Below are positions 19,574-28,414 of a stretch of 64,000 bases of DNA, piece by piece. Position 1 is the stretch's first letter, and the number at the start of each line of letters is the position of its first letter. A model generated the notes under the pieces. It was not told where the DNA came from, did no database searches, and worked only from the letters and a program-made list of their open reading frames with translations. This DNA is from Beutenbergiaceae bacterium (GTDB taxonomy: Bacteria > Actinomycetota > Actinomycetes > Actinomycetales > Beutenbergiaceae), in the NCBI GenBank assembly GCA_047972965.1, contig JBKEBC010000005.1, forward strand, positions 2,014 through 66,013, written 5' to 3'. A program made the translations under genes and the position numbers.

Positions 19574-21865
19574 CTAGGAAGTGAGCGCTGCGTCGGGCTC
19601 AGCCCCGTCTTCTTTGGCAACGCGACGGCGAGAAACGATGATTGCTGCCACTGCGATCAGGCCAGCCGCCACGGCAATACTGATTCGCAGCACATGGTTG
19701 GCATCAGCGGGCACGCTCATCGCGATGACGGCAGGGGCGATAAGGACGCTGACGAGGTTCATCACCTTGATCAACGGGTTGATAGCCGGGCCTGCGGTGT
19801 CCTTGAACGGGTCGCCCACGGTGTCACCGATGACGGCGGCAGCATGAGCATCGGAGTTCTTGCCACCGAAGTGGCCATCCTCGACGATCTTCTTGGCGTT
19901 GTCCCACGCACCACCGGAGTTGGCTAGGAACACCGCCATCAGCACGCCACAGGCGATGGCGCCAGCGAGGAATCCCGCCAACGGCGCGATACCTAGACCG
20001 AATCCGACCGCAATGGGTGAGAACGCTGCCAGCAACCCGGGGGTTGCCAGCTCACGTAGTGAGTCGCGGGTGCAAATATCGACGACCTTGCCGTACTCGG
20101 GGCGGGTCGCTCCGGTCATGATGCCGGGGTTGTCGCGGAACTGTCGTCGCACCTCGAACACGATCGCACCAGCCGCCCGGGTGACGGCGTCAACAGCTAG
20201 CCCGGAGAACAGGAACACCACCGATGCCCCGATGATCACCCCCACCAACGTCATGGGTGAGATCACGCTGTAGTCCAACATCGACGCCACGATCGCGCTG
20301 GAGGCAACGTCGCCGATATCGGCCAGCGCGTGGGTGACGGCGTCGGCGTAGGAACCGAACAGCGCGGTGGCGGCCAGCACGGCGGTGGCGATGGCAATTC
20401 CCTTGGTGATTGCCTTGGTGGTATTGCCAACGGCGTCAAGGTCGGTCAGGGTCTGCGCACCCTTTTCATCGACGTTTCCGCTCATTTCGGCAATGCCTTG
20501 GGCGTTGTCGCTGACCGGCCCGAAGGTATCCATGGCGACGATCACACCCACGGTGGTCAGCAGTCCGCAGCCGGCCAGCGAGACCAGGAACAGCGCTAGC
20601 CAGATGTTCCCTCCTGCGAGCAGGAATACCGCGCACAGGGCTGCGGCGATGACACCGGCGGTGTAGACGGCGGAGCTAAGCCCAAGTCCGATTCCGGAGA
20701 GCACCACGGTGGCCGCCCCCGTACGGGTGGTCGAGGCCACGCGCATGGTCGGCCCAGAGGTGGTGTCGGTGAAGTATCCGGTGAGCCACAGGATGACACC
20801 GGCCAGCACCACCCCGATCACCACCGCGAGGGCGGCTACCAGCCGAGGGTCACCGGCCTGGTCGGCAAAGCTGACCGCGGCGCTGCCGGGGTTGAGGTCG
20901 GCAAAGCTGCCGGGCAGGTAGATGAATGCGGCAATCGCGGCCAGGACGGCGCCCACGATGGCTGAGATATAGAAGCCGCGGTTGATAGCGGTCAGGCCGC
21001 TTTCACTGCCGCGGACCTTGGTGATGAAGACGCCGAGAACTGCGACCAGGGCGCCGATCGCCGTGACGATGAGCGGGAAGACCAGCCCCTGCTCTCCCAT
21101 GGTCGCTTTGCCCAGGATGAGCGCGGCAACCAGGGTCACCGCATAGGACTCGAATAGATCGGCGGCCATTCCGGCGCAGTCTCCGACGTTGTCACCGACG
21201 TTGTCTGCGATGGTGGCAGCATTGCGAGGGTCATCTTCTGGGATGTTCTGCTCCACCTTCCCGACCAGGTCGGCGCCGACGTCGGCGGCCTTGGTGAAGA
21301 TTCCGCCACCGACGCGCATGAACATCGCCAGCAGTGCTGCTCCGAAGCCGAAGCCTTCCAGCACCGCGGGAGCATCGATGCCGAAGATCAGCACCACTAG
21401 GGCTGCGCCCAGCAACCCCAGGCCGACCACTGACATGCCGACCACGCCACCGGTTCGGAAGGCGATCCGGGCACCCTCGGTGCGGCCATCTGGATGCATA
21501 GCAGCCGCAGCCACCCGCAGGTTGGCGCGCGTTGCCAGCCACATTCCGAGATAGCCAATCGCGGCTGAGAAGGCGGCGCCGACGAGGAATGCGAGGGAGC
21601 GGCCAACCCTGATCCCACCCTCACCCGGCAGCAGGAATAGCAGCGCAAAGACCAGCACCGCGAAGATCGCGAGCGTCCGGAATTGACGCCCCAGGAATGC
21701 TTGCGCACCCTCCTGAATGGCCTGTGCGATCGACTGCATTGTAGGTGTGCCTTCGCCAGCCGCCAGTACCTGGGCGCGCAAGACTGCTGCAATCACCAGA
21801 GATCCGACGGCGAGCGCGCCGATCAGCGCGACAATGACAAGGCTCGTAGTGCCGAGCGTGGGCAT
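19574..21865 (-). CDS. hppA: Membrane-bound pyrophosphate-energised cation pump (H+/Na+-PPase)
   Basis: 763 aa. Signature motifs GGIFTKAADVGADLVGKVE, DNVGDNVGDCAGMAADLFESY and GDTVGDPFKDTAGP. SD GGAGGA lies 3 nt before the ATG. Confidence 0.95.
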   Translation of the reverse strand: MPTLGTTSLVIVALIGALAVGSLVIAAVLRAQVLAAGEGTPTMQSIAQAIQEGAQAFLGRQFRTLAIFAVLVFALLFLLPGEGGIRVGRSLAFLVGAAFSAAIGYLGMWLATRANLRVAAAAMHPDGRTEGARIAFRTGGVVGMSVVGLGLLGAALVVLIFGIDAPAVLEGFGFGAALLAMFMRVGGGIFTKAADVGADLVGKVEQNIPEDDPRNAATIADNVGDNVGDCAGMAADLFESYAVTLVAALILGKATMGEQGLVFPLIVTAIGALVAVLGVFITKVRGSESGLTAINRGFYISAIVGAVLAAIAAFIYLPGSFADLNPGSAAVSFADQAGDPRLVAALAVVIGVVLAGVILWLTGYFTDTTSGPTMRVASTTRTGAATVVLSGIGLGLSSAVYTAGVIAAALCAVFLLAGGNIWLALFLVSLAGCGLLTTVGVIVAMDTFGPVSDNAQGIAEMSGNVDEKGAQTLTDLDAVGNTTKAITKGIAIATAVLAATALFGSYADAVTHALADIGDVASSAIVASMLDYSVISPMTLVGVIIGASVVFLFSGLAVDAVTRAAGAIVFEVRRQFRDNPGIMTGATRPEYGKVVDICTRDSLRELATPGLLAAFSPIAVGFGLGIAPLAGFLAGAIACGVLMAVFLANSGGAWDNAKKIVEDGHFGGKNSDAHAAAVIGDTVGDPFKDTAGPAINPLIKVMNLVSVLIAPAVIAMSVPADANHVLRISIAVAAGLIAVAAIIVSRRRVAKEDGAEPDAALTS

Positions 21866-22097
21866 CCGTCCTCCATGACGTGGTGCGTGAATGAGGTGCC
21901 CGGCATGGATTGCCTTGCACCTGATCCGGAGTCTAGGCCAGCCCAGCGGCTACTCAGACCACGTCAGACCCGTCATGACCCCAAGGCGGATGCCCGACCC
22001 GGCCATTTCGTTGCCCTGGCAGGTATTTTGCCCACCTGGCTGGCAACAGTCATGGGCGGTATACGCCGACACCAGCGGCCGGCCACATCCATGGGTT

Positions 22098-22127
22098 GGG
22101 GCCCGGCACCCGCCCGGCGCGGGCCCC
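22098..22127 (-). terminator. GC hairpin downstream of iclR
   Basis: 8-bp stem GGGGCCCG/CGGGCCCC about 35 nt after the iclR stop. No U-tract (I-shaped type). Confidence 0.4.
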
Positions 22128-22162
22128 TACCCTGCGCAGGTTGTGCGGATGTGCCCGCCGAG

Positions 22163-23092
22163 CTACTCAGCCCGCGAGCGCGGTTCAGCCTTCAACCCTC
22201 GTTCCTGCGGGCGAGGGCCGCCCATGGCAAATGAGACTTCGCGTGCGACTCGGACGATCTGACCTGCTAGCTGACGCAACCTCATCGGCGCCATGAGGAC
22301 CGCTGGCGCCGATACTTCGACCGCCCCCACCACCGATCCATTCAGATCACGCAATGGCGCAGCCACCGAGCGCAATGCTGGATCCAGTTCCCGGTCGCAG
22401 ATCGCGTATCCGCGCACGCGCACCCGCGCCAGATCAGACCCCAGTTCCTTAGGGTTGGTAATAGTGCGTGGGGTCAATTCCGAGAAGCCGGCTCTGCTTG
22501 CTCGTTTCATCCAGACCGGGCCACCGAAAGCCAAGATGGCCTTGCCAGCAGCGCAGGCATGCATGGGCAGCCGCACCTCGGGATGGGCACCCGGGCGGCG
22601 AACCTTGGCGTTCTCTGGTCGAGTCAAGATCCGCACCTGGGCACCATCGGGAACAGCGATCTGGGTTCGCACGTCCGTGGGCCAAGTGCGTGCCTGCAAC
22701 GCATCATGAGCGGTTTGCCACAGATCGAGACCGGCGATATAGGCGCGCCCAAGGGTCAAGGTGTCCTTGCCCAGCTGAAACCGACCACTGTCGTCACGGC
22801 GTAGCAGCCCCTCCTCCACCAGCGGGGCCGCGAGACGAGAGACCGAGGACATGTGTATGTCTAGTTTCCGTGCTAGCTCGGAGACCGAGATTCCGCGCGA
22901 GGAGGTAGCGCAGTCGGCCACCGCATGGAGTAGTTGAACACCCCGGCGCAACGACTGCGAGGAGTTTCTCGGTGTTGAGGGAGCCGGTGTTGTGGGAGCC
23001 GATGTTGCTGGCATCGGCGTTGCTCTTGCTGACTCCCGTCCAGTTGGCGTTGCTGTAGCTGTTGCTGGCACAGCAATTCCCGATTCCGACAT
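22163..23092 (-). CDS. IclR family transcriptional regulator with a low-complexity P/T/A-rich N-terminal extension
   Basis: 309 aa. wHTH region (ISVSELARKLDIHMSSVSRLAAPLVEEGLL). C-terminal IclR effector domain (GYAICDRE...SVAAPLRD). The true start is uncertain. Confidence 0.8.
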   Translation of the reverse strand: MSESGIAVPATATATPTGRESARATPMPATSAPTTPAPSTPRNSSQSLRRGVQLLHAVADCATSSRGISVSELARKLDIHMSSVSRLAAPLVEEGLLRRDDSGRFQLGKDTLTLGRAYIAGLDLWQTAHDALQARTWPTDVRTQIAVPDGAQVRILTRPENAKVRRPGAHPEVRLPMHACAAGKAILAFGGPVWMKRASRAGFSELTPRTITNPKELGSDLARVRVRGYAICDRELDPALRSVAAPLRDLNGSVVGAVEVSAPAVLMAPMRLRQLAGQIVRVAREVSFAMGGPRPQERGLKAEPRSRAE

Positions 23093-23420
23093 GCAGTACT
23101 AACCCTTCACGGCCCCCGACAGCCCCCTCGACCAAGCGGCGTTGTGCCCCAGGACAGACATCGTGAACCGGCACGATGCACATGGCGGCGGGTGGCGCCT
23201 TCATGGCTCGGGCGAGAGTCCTCGATGTCAACATGCCTCCTCAGGCCTACGTCACCAATGACGCACTGTTTTGTCGGGCAGGAAGGCTAGAACCGGGGGG
23301 GTTCCTATCGCTAGGGATGGATCTATGCGCTAAGCACGACGTGCAAGCAAATAATCTACCTGTACTACAAGTGCGCAAAAGTGGCGCGTGCGGTGCACAA
23401 CGGGAGCAGAGCGCGGGCGG

Positions 23421-23801
23421 TCACCGTACCGGCCCCGCGCGGGCCAGCGCGCGGACGGTCATCGACCAGCCGCTCACCCGGATGTGGGCTTGAGTTTCAA
23501 TCTGGACATCGCCGCCATCGACCAGGCGGCAGGTCGCCAGCTGGGCACCATTGGAGCGCGCGACTTCCTCGGCTATCCCGCACGGGTGCTCAGCGCCGCG
23601 ATCGACGGCGGTCGCAGCGGCTAACGCCGCAAGATCAGCGCTAGCCTGAACCGCGCCGCGCGCATGCGCAACCTGTGCCAAGGAGGCGGCACCAACCATC
23701 ACCATCAAGGCCAGGGCCATCACTGCGAGCACGAGCACTGTCCCGGCGCCCCGCTCTCGATGCCTGCCCGAGACCGGCTCAACATGCTTGCGCCAGCTCA
23801 C
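23421..23801 (-). CDS. TadE-like pseudopilin ('helicase/secretion neighbourhood' TadE-like, Rv3654c/Rv3655c-like)
   Basis: Start re-assigned to a GTG that overlaps the upstream TGA (GTGA). ERGAGTVLVLAVMALALMVMV hydrophobic N-terminus followed by ADLAALAAA, as in this family. Confidence 0.65.
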   Translation of the reverse strand: MSWRKHVEPVSGRHRERGAGTVLVLAVMALALMVMVGAASLAQVAHARGAVQASADLAALAAATAVDRGAEHPCGIAEEVARSNGAQLATCRLVDGGDVQIETQAHIRVSGWSMTVRALARAGPVR

Positions 23802-24220
23802 GGCGCACCCGGCCTCGCCGGACCAGGTTCGGCAGGTGCCACGAACTCCGCGCTGGCGCTGAGGAAAGTCTGCGTCCACGGGGTCGGGACGGGGCTGGTG
23901 ACGACCACGCGAATCCATCCTGAGGATTCCGCGATGACCACCTGGGCCTCATCACCGGCCATCGAGGCGACGATTAACTCCACGCTCGCCTGATCGGAAC
24001 CCACCGCTGCCGCTCTTGCTGCGGCTCGGGCAGCATCGGTACAACGCATCTGGGTGATGGCAGCGACCGCGACTGTGAGCACTGCCAGCAAGACCAGCAC
24101 CACCGCAGGGAGGCCGAGCGCGAGCTCAGCAGTCACCGATCCTCGGGTGGAGCGATCTGGTCGGGACCGCTGGCCAGCACAGGTACTGGCGTGACACCCC
24201 AACCTCCCTGCGATAGCCAT
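23798..24220 (-). CDS. TadE/TadG-like pseudopilin
   Basis: 140 aa. RGSVTAELALGLPAVVLVLLAVL N-terminal motif characteristic of TadE-like proteins. Starts 1 nt after the flp stop. Confidence 0.65.
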   Translation of the reverse strand: MAIAGRLGCHASTCAGQRSRPDRSTRGSVTAELALGLPAVVLVLLAVLTVAVAAITQMRCTDAARAAARAAAVGSDQASVELIVASMAGDEAQVVIAESSGWIRVVVTSPVPTPWTQTFLSASAEFVAPAEPGPARPGAP

Positions 24221-24221
24221 G

Positions 24222-24434
24222 TCAGCCGACGCTCAGAGCGCGCTGGATGATGTCCACCAGCATCGACCGCACCTGATCGCTCTTGAGAATCACCAAGAGC
24301 AACCCAGCGAACCCGACGGCCGCAAGGGTGCCGATGGCATACTCCGCCGTCGCCATTCCCTCATCCGCGGCGAGCCACCGACGCCATCGGTGCCATCGTC
24401 GGCCGATTGACCTGACTGCGCGGGAATCCGTCAT
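24222..24434 (-). CDS. flp: Flp-type pilin (DUF4244 / Rv3656c-like)
   Basis: 70 aa. Basic leader, then G|MATAEYAIGTLAAVGFAGLLLVIL (Flp processing motif plus hydrophobic helix). Strong SD AAGGAGG 6 nt upstream of the ATG. Confidence 0.8.
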   Translation of the reverse strand: MTDSRAVRSIGRRWHRWRRWLAADEGMATAEYAIGTLAAVGFAGLLLVILKSDQVRSMLVDIIQRALSVG

Positions 24435-24585
24435 GGAAAACCTCCTTTGACCGTGCGGCGCTCAGACAAGCGCCGCTGGCTCCAACCTGCCGCGCAAGGT
24501 CCTCCTGGTGACGGCCACCAGGGACCCGCTGTGGATACCGGCCGCGCCGACGTCCAGGTGGGGACAGCCGCGCACTGGTGACGCC

Positions 24586-24630
24586 GCACCCGCACCCGCA
24601 CCCGCACCCGCACCCGCACCCGCACCCGCA
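24586..24630. repeat. Perfect hexanucleotide microsatellite (GCACCC)7.5; (GGGTGC)n on the operon sense strand
   Basis: Counted directly: seven full units plus GCA. Intergenic between tadC and flp. Confidence 0.95.
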
Positions 24631-24695
24631 AATATCCCAGCCCCAGGCACGGTTCACAGCGGGGCCAGCACCAGGCCAGAACGGCACGGGCCTGG

Positions 24696-25229
24696 CTATC
24701 CGGTACTCCAGATCGAGCTCGCGGCCGAGAGCATCACCGGGACCAGCCCCAGCAGCACGAATGAGGGTAGGAAACACAGGCCGAGGGGCAGCACCAGCCG
24801 CACCCCCAGCTTGGCCGCCGCGGCACGAGCCACGGCACTACGACTGCGCCGAATACTGGCGGCTGCGAACTGCAGCAAGGGGTCGGGATCGATCCCGTCA
24901 CGCCAGGCTGCCACCAGAGCCTGCGGAACCCTGCCGTGGTCGGCCCACGCGTCCTCCCACGCCCCGCCCAGCCTCAGCGTGCGGACGGCACGCTCATAGC
25001 TTCGCCCTTGCGTTTGCGGGAGAGCCTGAGCCACCGCATCCAGCGCCGTCAGCAGGTCCACTCCGGTAGCCAGCGCCGCTCGAATCAGATCCAACACGAT
25101 GGCCTCGTCCACCATCTGAGGCTGCGGGCGCACGCGAACGCGCACATCCGGGCGGTGGCCTAGCCGGCGCCGACTCACCCACGGGAGGGCTGCAACCAGC
25201 GCTAGCAGCCCCAGCATCAGGGCACTCAT
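24696..25229 (-). CDS. tadC: Type II secretion system F-family membrane protein (TadC-like)
   Basis: Start set at an ATG overlapping the tadB stop (ATGA). TM helices at both ends. Position in the tad operon. Confidence 0.65.
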   Translation of the reverse strand: MSALMLGLLALVAALPWVSRRRLGHRPDVRVRVRPQPQMVDEAIVLDLIRAALATGVDLLTALDAVAQALPQTQGRSYERAVRTLRLGGAWEDAWADHGRVPQALVAAWRDGIDPDPLLQFAAASIRRSRSAVARAAAAKLGVRLVLPLGLCFLPSFVLLGLVPVMLSAASSIWSTG

Positions 25230-25996
25230 CGCCCGGCTTGCTCCGCGACGCCGACTAGGTGGGTAACCCATCGGCGTCCGGCCACGAACAGCGCTGTTCC
25301 GCCGACCAGGCATAGTCCTCCGATGCCGCCACTGAGCAGCACTCCCACCGGATCAGCACCGATCAGGATGCCGAGCCCAATGCCGAACACCGGCAACCAT
25401 GCCAGCAATCGCGCGCTCGCCCGCGGCCCCGCCAACGCTACTCGGCGTAGGTCGTCAACCTCCTTTGCTTCAGCAATCCCGTGCACAAGCAGGTCGATGA
25501 CCTCAACCAGAGGGGCACCACTTTGACCAGACAGGCGACAGGCGGCGGTTGCCGCAGCCACCGCCGACCTACTCGCTGGCGTGCGACGGCGCAGCAAGCG
25601 ATGCCATCGACGGCTAGTTCTCAGCCCCGCTACCGAACTCGGTACGCGGGCGCTCCTGGGCTGGGGAACCTGCACCGTCCCAGCCTCTGATTCCACCGGC
25701 CATGCCTGCACGGGATCGACGCCAGAGGCAAGCACCATCGGGCCTGCCCACTCGGGCATGGGGTGCGGCAGAGCTCGCTTCCACGCCTCCTCGATAGGAC
25801 AACCCGCGCGCAGCTGGGCGGCTAGCTCAACCAGCACCGGGGCGACATCCTGCTGGTCTGATCGGAGCTCTTTGCGAGTACCCAACCGTGACCAACCACG
25901 CCGACGCCTGGGGACGGTCGAGCGCGGTTGACGGTGCGTCAGCACGACCGCAGCTAGCACCAGCAGCCCAGTGATGAAAATGGGCACGCTATCCAT
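25226..25996 (-). CDS. tadB: Type II secretion system F-family membrane protein (TadB-like)
   Basis: Start set at an ATG overlapping the tadA stop by 8 nt. N-terminal TM (IFITGLLVLAAVVL) and C-terminal TM pair. Confidence 0.65.
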   Translation of the reverse strand: MDSVPIFITGLLVLAAVVLTHRQPRSTVPRRRRGWSRLGTRKELRSDQQDVAPVLVELAAQLRAGCPIEEAWKRALPHPMPEWAGPMVLASGVDPVQAWPVESEAGTVQVPQPRSARVPSSVAGLRTSRRWHRLLRRRTPASRSAVAAATAACRLSGQSGAPLVEVIDLLVHGIAEAKEVDDLRRVALAGPRASARLLAWLPVFGIGLGILIGADPVGVLLSGGIGGLCLVGGTALFVAGRRWVTHLVGVAEQAGR

Positions 25997-27119
25997 CGGG
26001 GCGCTCCAGACGCGCCTGCAGCACGGGCCATTGCTCAGCCCGCTGCAGCTCACCGCCCCGCCCCCGTCTCAGCGCCGGCTCGCACAGCATCTGCCCCCCG
26101 CTCGTGGCCGGTATCAGGACCCCGACCTGGTGGAGTACCCGCGTACCGTCACCGGTGCGACGCAGGTGTAGAACGGCATCGATGGCAGCCTGAGCCTGCA
26201 TTGCGACGGCGGTTGGCGAAAGGCCCGCCAAAGCACCGAGAGCCACCAAACGAGCAGGCACATCATCTGAGGAGTTGGCGTGCACGGTCGCCCAACCCCC
26301 GTCATGGCCGGTGTTGAGCGCACCCAGCACTTCGCGCACCTCAGCGCCTCGGCATTCGCCCAGGACCAGCCGATCGGGCCGCATGCGCATCGCCGTCCGC
26401 ACCAGGGTTGGCAGGTCGATGCCGCCCGCGCCCTGCACGTTGGGCCGCCGCACCTGTAGGTGGACCACATGGGGGTGGTTCGGCGTCAGCTCGGCAGCTT
26501 CTTCGATACAGACGATGCGCTCATCGCTGGGCACCAGAGACAACGCACAAGCCAGCAGCGAGGTCTTCCCGGCCCCGGTTGCACCGCTGACCAGCACGTT
26601 CGCACGAACCTGGACCAGCTGTCGGATCAGATCGGCTCCCTGCGGATCGAGAAATCCACGGCGCTGCAGCTCCGGCAGCGAAAACGCCTGCCGCCGCACA
26701 GTCCGCAAACTTATCTGCGCACCTTCAGCCGCGACCGGAGCCAGCACGGCGTGCAAGCGGGACCCGTCTGGCAGGGTGCCGTCCACAATGGGTACGGCAT
26801 CGTCCAGTCGTTGACCGGCGAGGGTGGCTAGTCGCGTGGCGAGCGCACGCGAGTCGGGAATCGACGACTCAACCTCGCGCTGCAGCCCGGCTCCGCGATC
26901 GACCCACACGCCAGCATCACCGTTGACCAGCACATCGGTCACCGCTGGATCATCCAGCAATGGCTGAACCACCGCACCAGCACCGGCGAGTTCGGCCTGA
27001 GATTCACGCTGCAGTTGCAACCGGGCCTGGTCGCCTACTACCCCGCTGGAGCGCACGGCACGCGGCAGTTCGGCGGCACGTAGAAGGTGGGACCGAACCT
27101 GATCAACAGCACTGTTCAT
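25989..27119 (-). CDS. tadA: TadA/CpaF-family secretion ATPase
   Basis: 376 aa. Walker A VSGATGAGKTSLL. Walker B-type IVCIEEAAEL. His-box region GHDGGWATVHAN. Confidence 0.9.
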   Translation of the reverse strand: MNSAVDQVRSHLLRAAELPRAVRSSGVVGDQARLQLQRESQAELAGAGAVVQPLLDDPAVTDVLVNGDAGVWVDRGAGLQREVESSIPDSRALATRLATLAGQRLDDAVPIVDGTLPDGSRLHAVLAPVAAEGAQISLRTVRRQAFSLPELQRRGFLDPQGADLIRQLVQVRANVLVSGATGAGKTSLLACALSLVPSDERIVCIEEAAELTPNHPHVVHLQVRRPNVQGAGGIDLPTLVRTAMRMRPDRLVLGECRGAEVREVLGALNTGHDGGWATVHANSSDDVPARLVALGALAGLSPTAVAMQAQAAIDAVLHLRRTGDGTRVLHQVGVLIPATSGGQMLCEPALRRGRGGELQRAEQWPVLQARLERPDG

Positions 27120-28120
27120 GAGGCCAGATCCAACTGGTCAATAATGGTGCGCGTAGCCCGCACCAGCGGTCCGCGACGATGATCCCCCGGGGCGATCCCC
27201 CGCTCGAGGGCGCCCGGAAGCGACCGTTCCTGCGCCATGGCGACCAGGAGCGGCAGGTCGCTGGTGCGAGCCACGTCCTCTGGCGTCAATCCGCCTGGAG
27301 CTGGACCGCGCACCACCAGATGGGTGTCCATGCCCAGCAGGTTCCGGGCGATGGCCTGAGCCCCGGTCGCCGCCGGGATATCACAGCTGGCCACCACCAG
27401 CATGGTGTCCGCCCATCGGCCAGCGAGCGCCGCATGGTGGGCCTGTGAGCGCGGAAAGTCGAGGACGACCACATCGTGGGCGTCCGCCAGCGCAGCTAAG
27501 ACCGGTTCCTGGGGTTCATCGCCGCTGGAGCGCAGATCTGCCGAGAGCACCCGCACCCCACGCCAGGCAGGCAAGGTCGCACTCAATTGCGCCGGCGCAA
27601 AACCACTGCGTTCGGACTTGAGATCGGCCCAGCGCGGGCCGGGGTGACCTTCGATACCGATGAGTGCGTCGATTCCACCCCGGGTGAAGTCCAGGTCGAT
27701 GAGGCCGACGGACAGGCCCGCATCCGCGCAGCTACGAGCGAGCACCACAGCGAAGGAGGAGGCACCCGCACCACCGCGTGCACTCACCACTCCGAGCACC
27801 CTGGCGCGGCGGCGAGTACAGACAGATCGAACCCGCACCAGCACCCGCTCAGCAGCAGCTGGCAGCACGAAGCATGGCGCGCCGTCGGGAGCGAGTAGAT
27901 CCTCGTCCAGTCCGACCCAGGCAAAACCTGGTCCACGTTGACGCCAGTCCGGATCTCCGCGCTTGAATTCGCCCGCGCTATCCAGCATCAAGGCGGCCTC
28001 GGGCACCGCAGCTCCCGGCGGATGCACCGTCAGGGGCAACTCCGCCAATGCAACCACGGTCCGCACCGCATCGACCAAGTCGGGTTCGGCCGATCTCAGC
28101 GCTACCGTCGCCTGGGCCAT
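27116..28120 (-). CDS. ssd: CpaE/Ssd-like ParA-fold protein with a degenerate P-loop (Rv3660c-like)
   Basis: Start re-assigned to MAQATVAL, with SD GGGAGAGG 4 nt upstream. The P-loop position reads VVSARGGAGASS, with no Walker A lysine. 4-nt overlap with tadA. Confidence 0.7.
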   Translation of the reverse strand: MAQATVALRSAEPDLVDAVRTVVALAELPLTVHPPGAAVPEAALMLDSAGEFKRGDPDWRQRGPGFAWVGLDEDLLAPDGAPCFVLPAAAERVLVRVRSVCTRRRARVLGVVSARGGAGASSFAVVLARSCADAGLSVGLIDLDFTRGGIDALIGIEGHPGPRWADLKSERSGFAPAQLSATLPAWRGVRVLSADLRSSGDEPQEPVLAALADAHDVVVLDFPRSQAHHAALAGRWADTMLVVASCDIPAATGAQAIARNLLGMDTHLVVRGPAPGGLTPEDVARTSDLPLLVAMAQERSLPGALERGIAPGDHRRGPLVRATRTIIDQLDLAS

Positions 28121-28414
28121 ATCGCCTCTCCCGTTCAGTTCCCCCGATCCAGCTCGGATCGGTGCACCAACCTTGCCGAACCCCGCACCGAGTTCGCTGC
28201 CCGCCACCTGGGCGCTGTGGATGCCTCGGCATCCCGATGCAACTGTGGATAGAGCTCAAGACCTCCGTATTCGCGGCCCTGCCGGCTCATGGGCCGACGG
28301 CGGCGCCGCAGTTCCCGCTGGCACCACCCAGTCCGCCTCGGCGCGTCGAAGGAACACAGTCCATGCGGGCTCGCTACCGTGGAGCATCCAAGCCAGGACC
28401 GGAAGCAGACATCC

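Noticed and set aside
22794-23234. 146-aa ORF with a GAGGAGG just upstream, overlapping the iclR 5' end.
   Set aside because: The SD-to-ATG spacing is 1 nt. The ORF is out of frame across the N-terminus of iclR and has poor coding character.
24431-24631. 66-codon upstream ORF (TTG start) that runs through the hexamer repeat as (RV)7 and terminates in an ATGA overlap with the flp start codon. This would suggest translational coupling.
   Set aside because: Third-position G+C is only about background (roughly two-thirds), versus the very high GC3 of genuine genes here. There is no SD, the start is TTG, and the peptide is low complexity. Treated as a by-product of the repeat, though ribosome profiling could revisit it.
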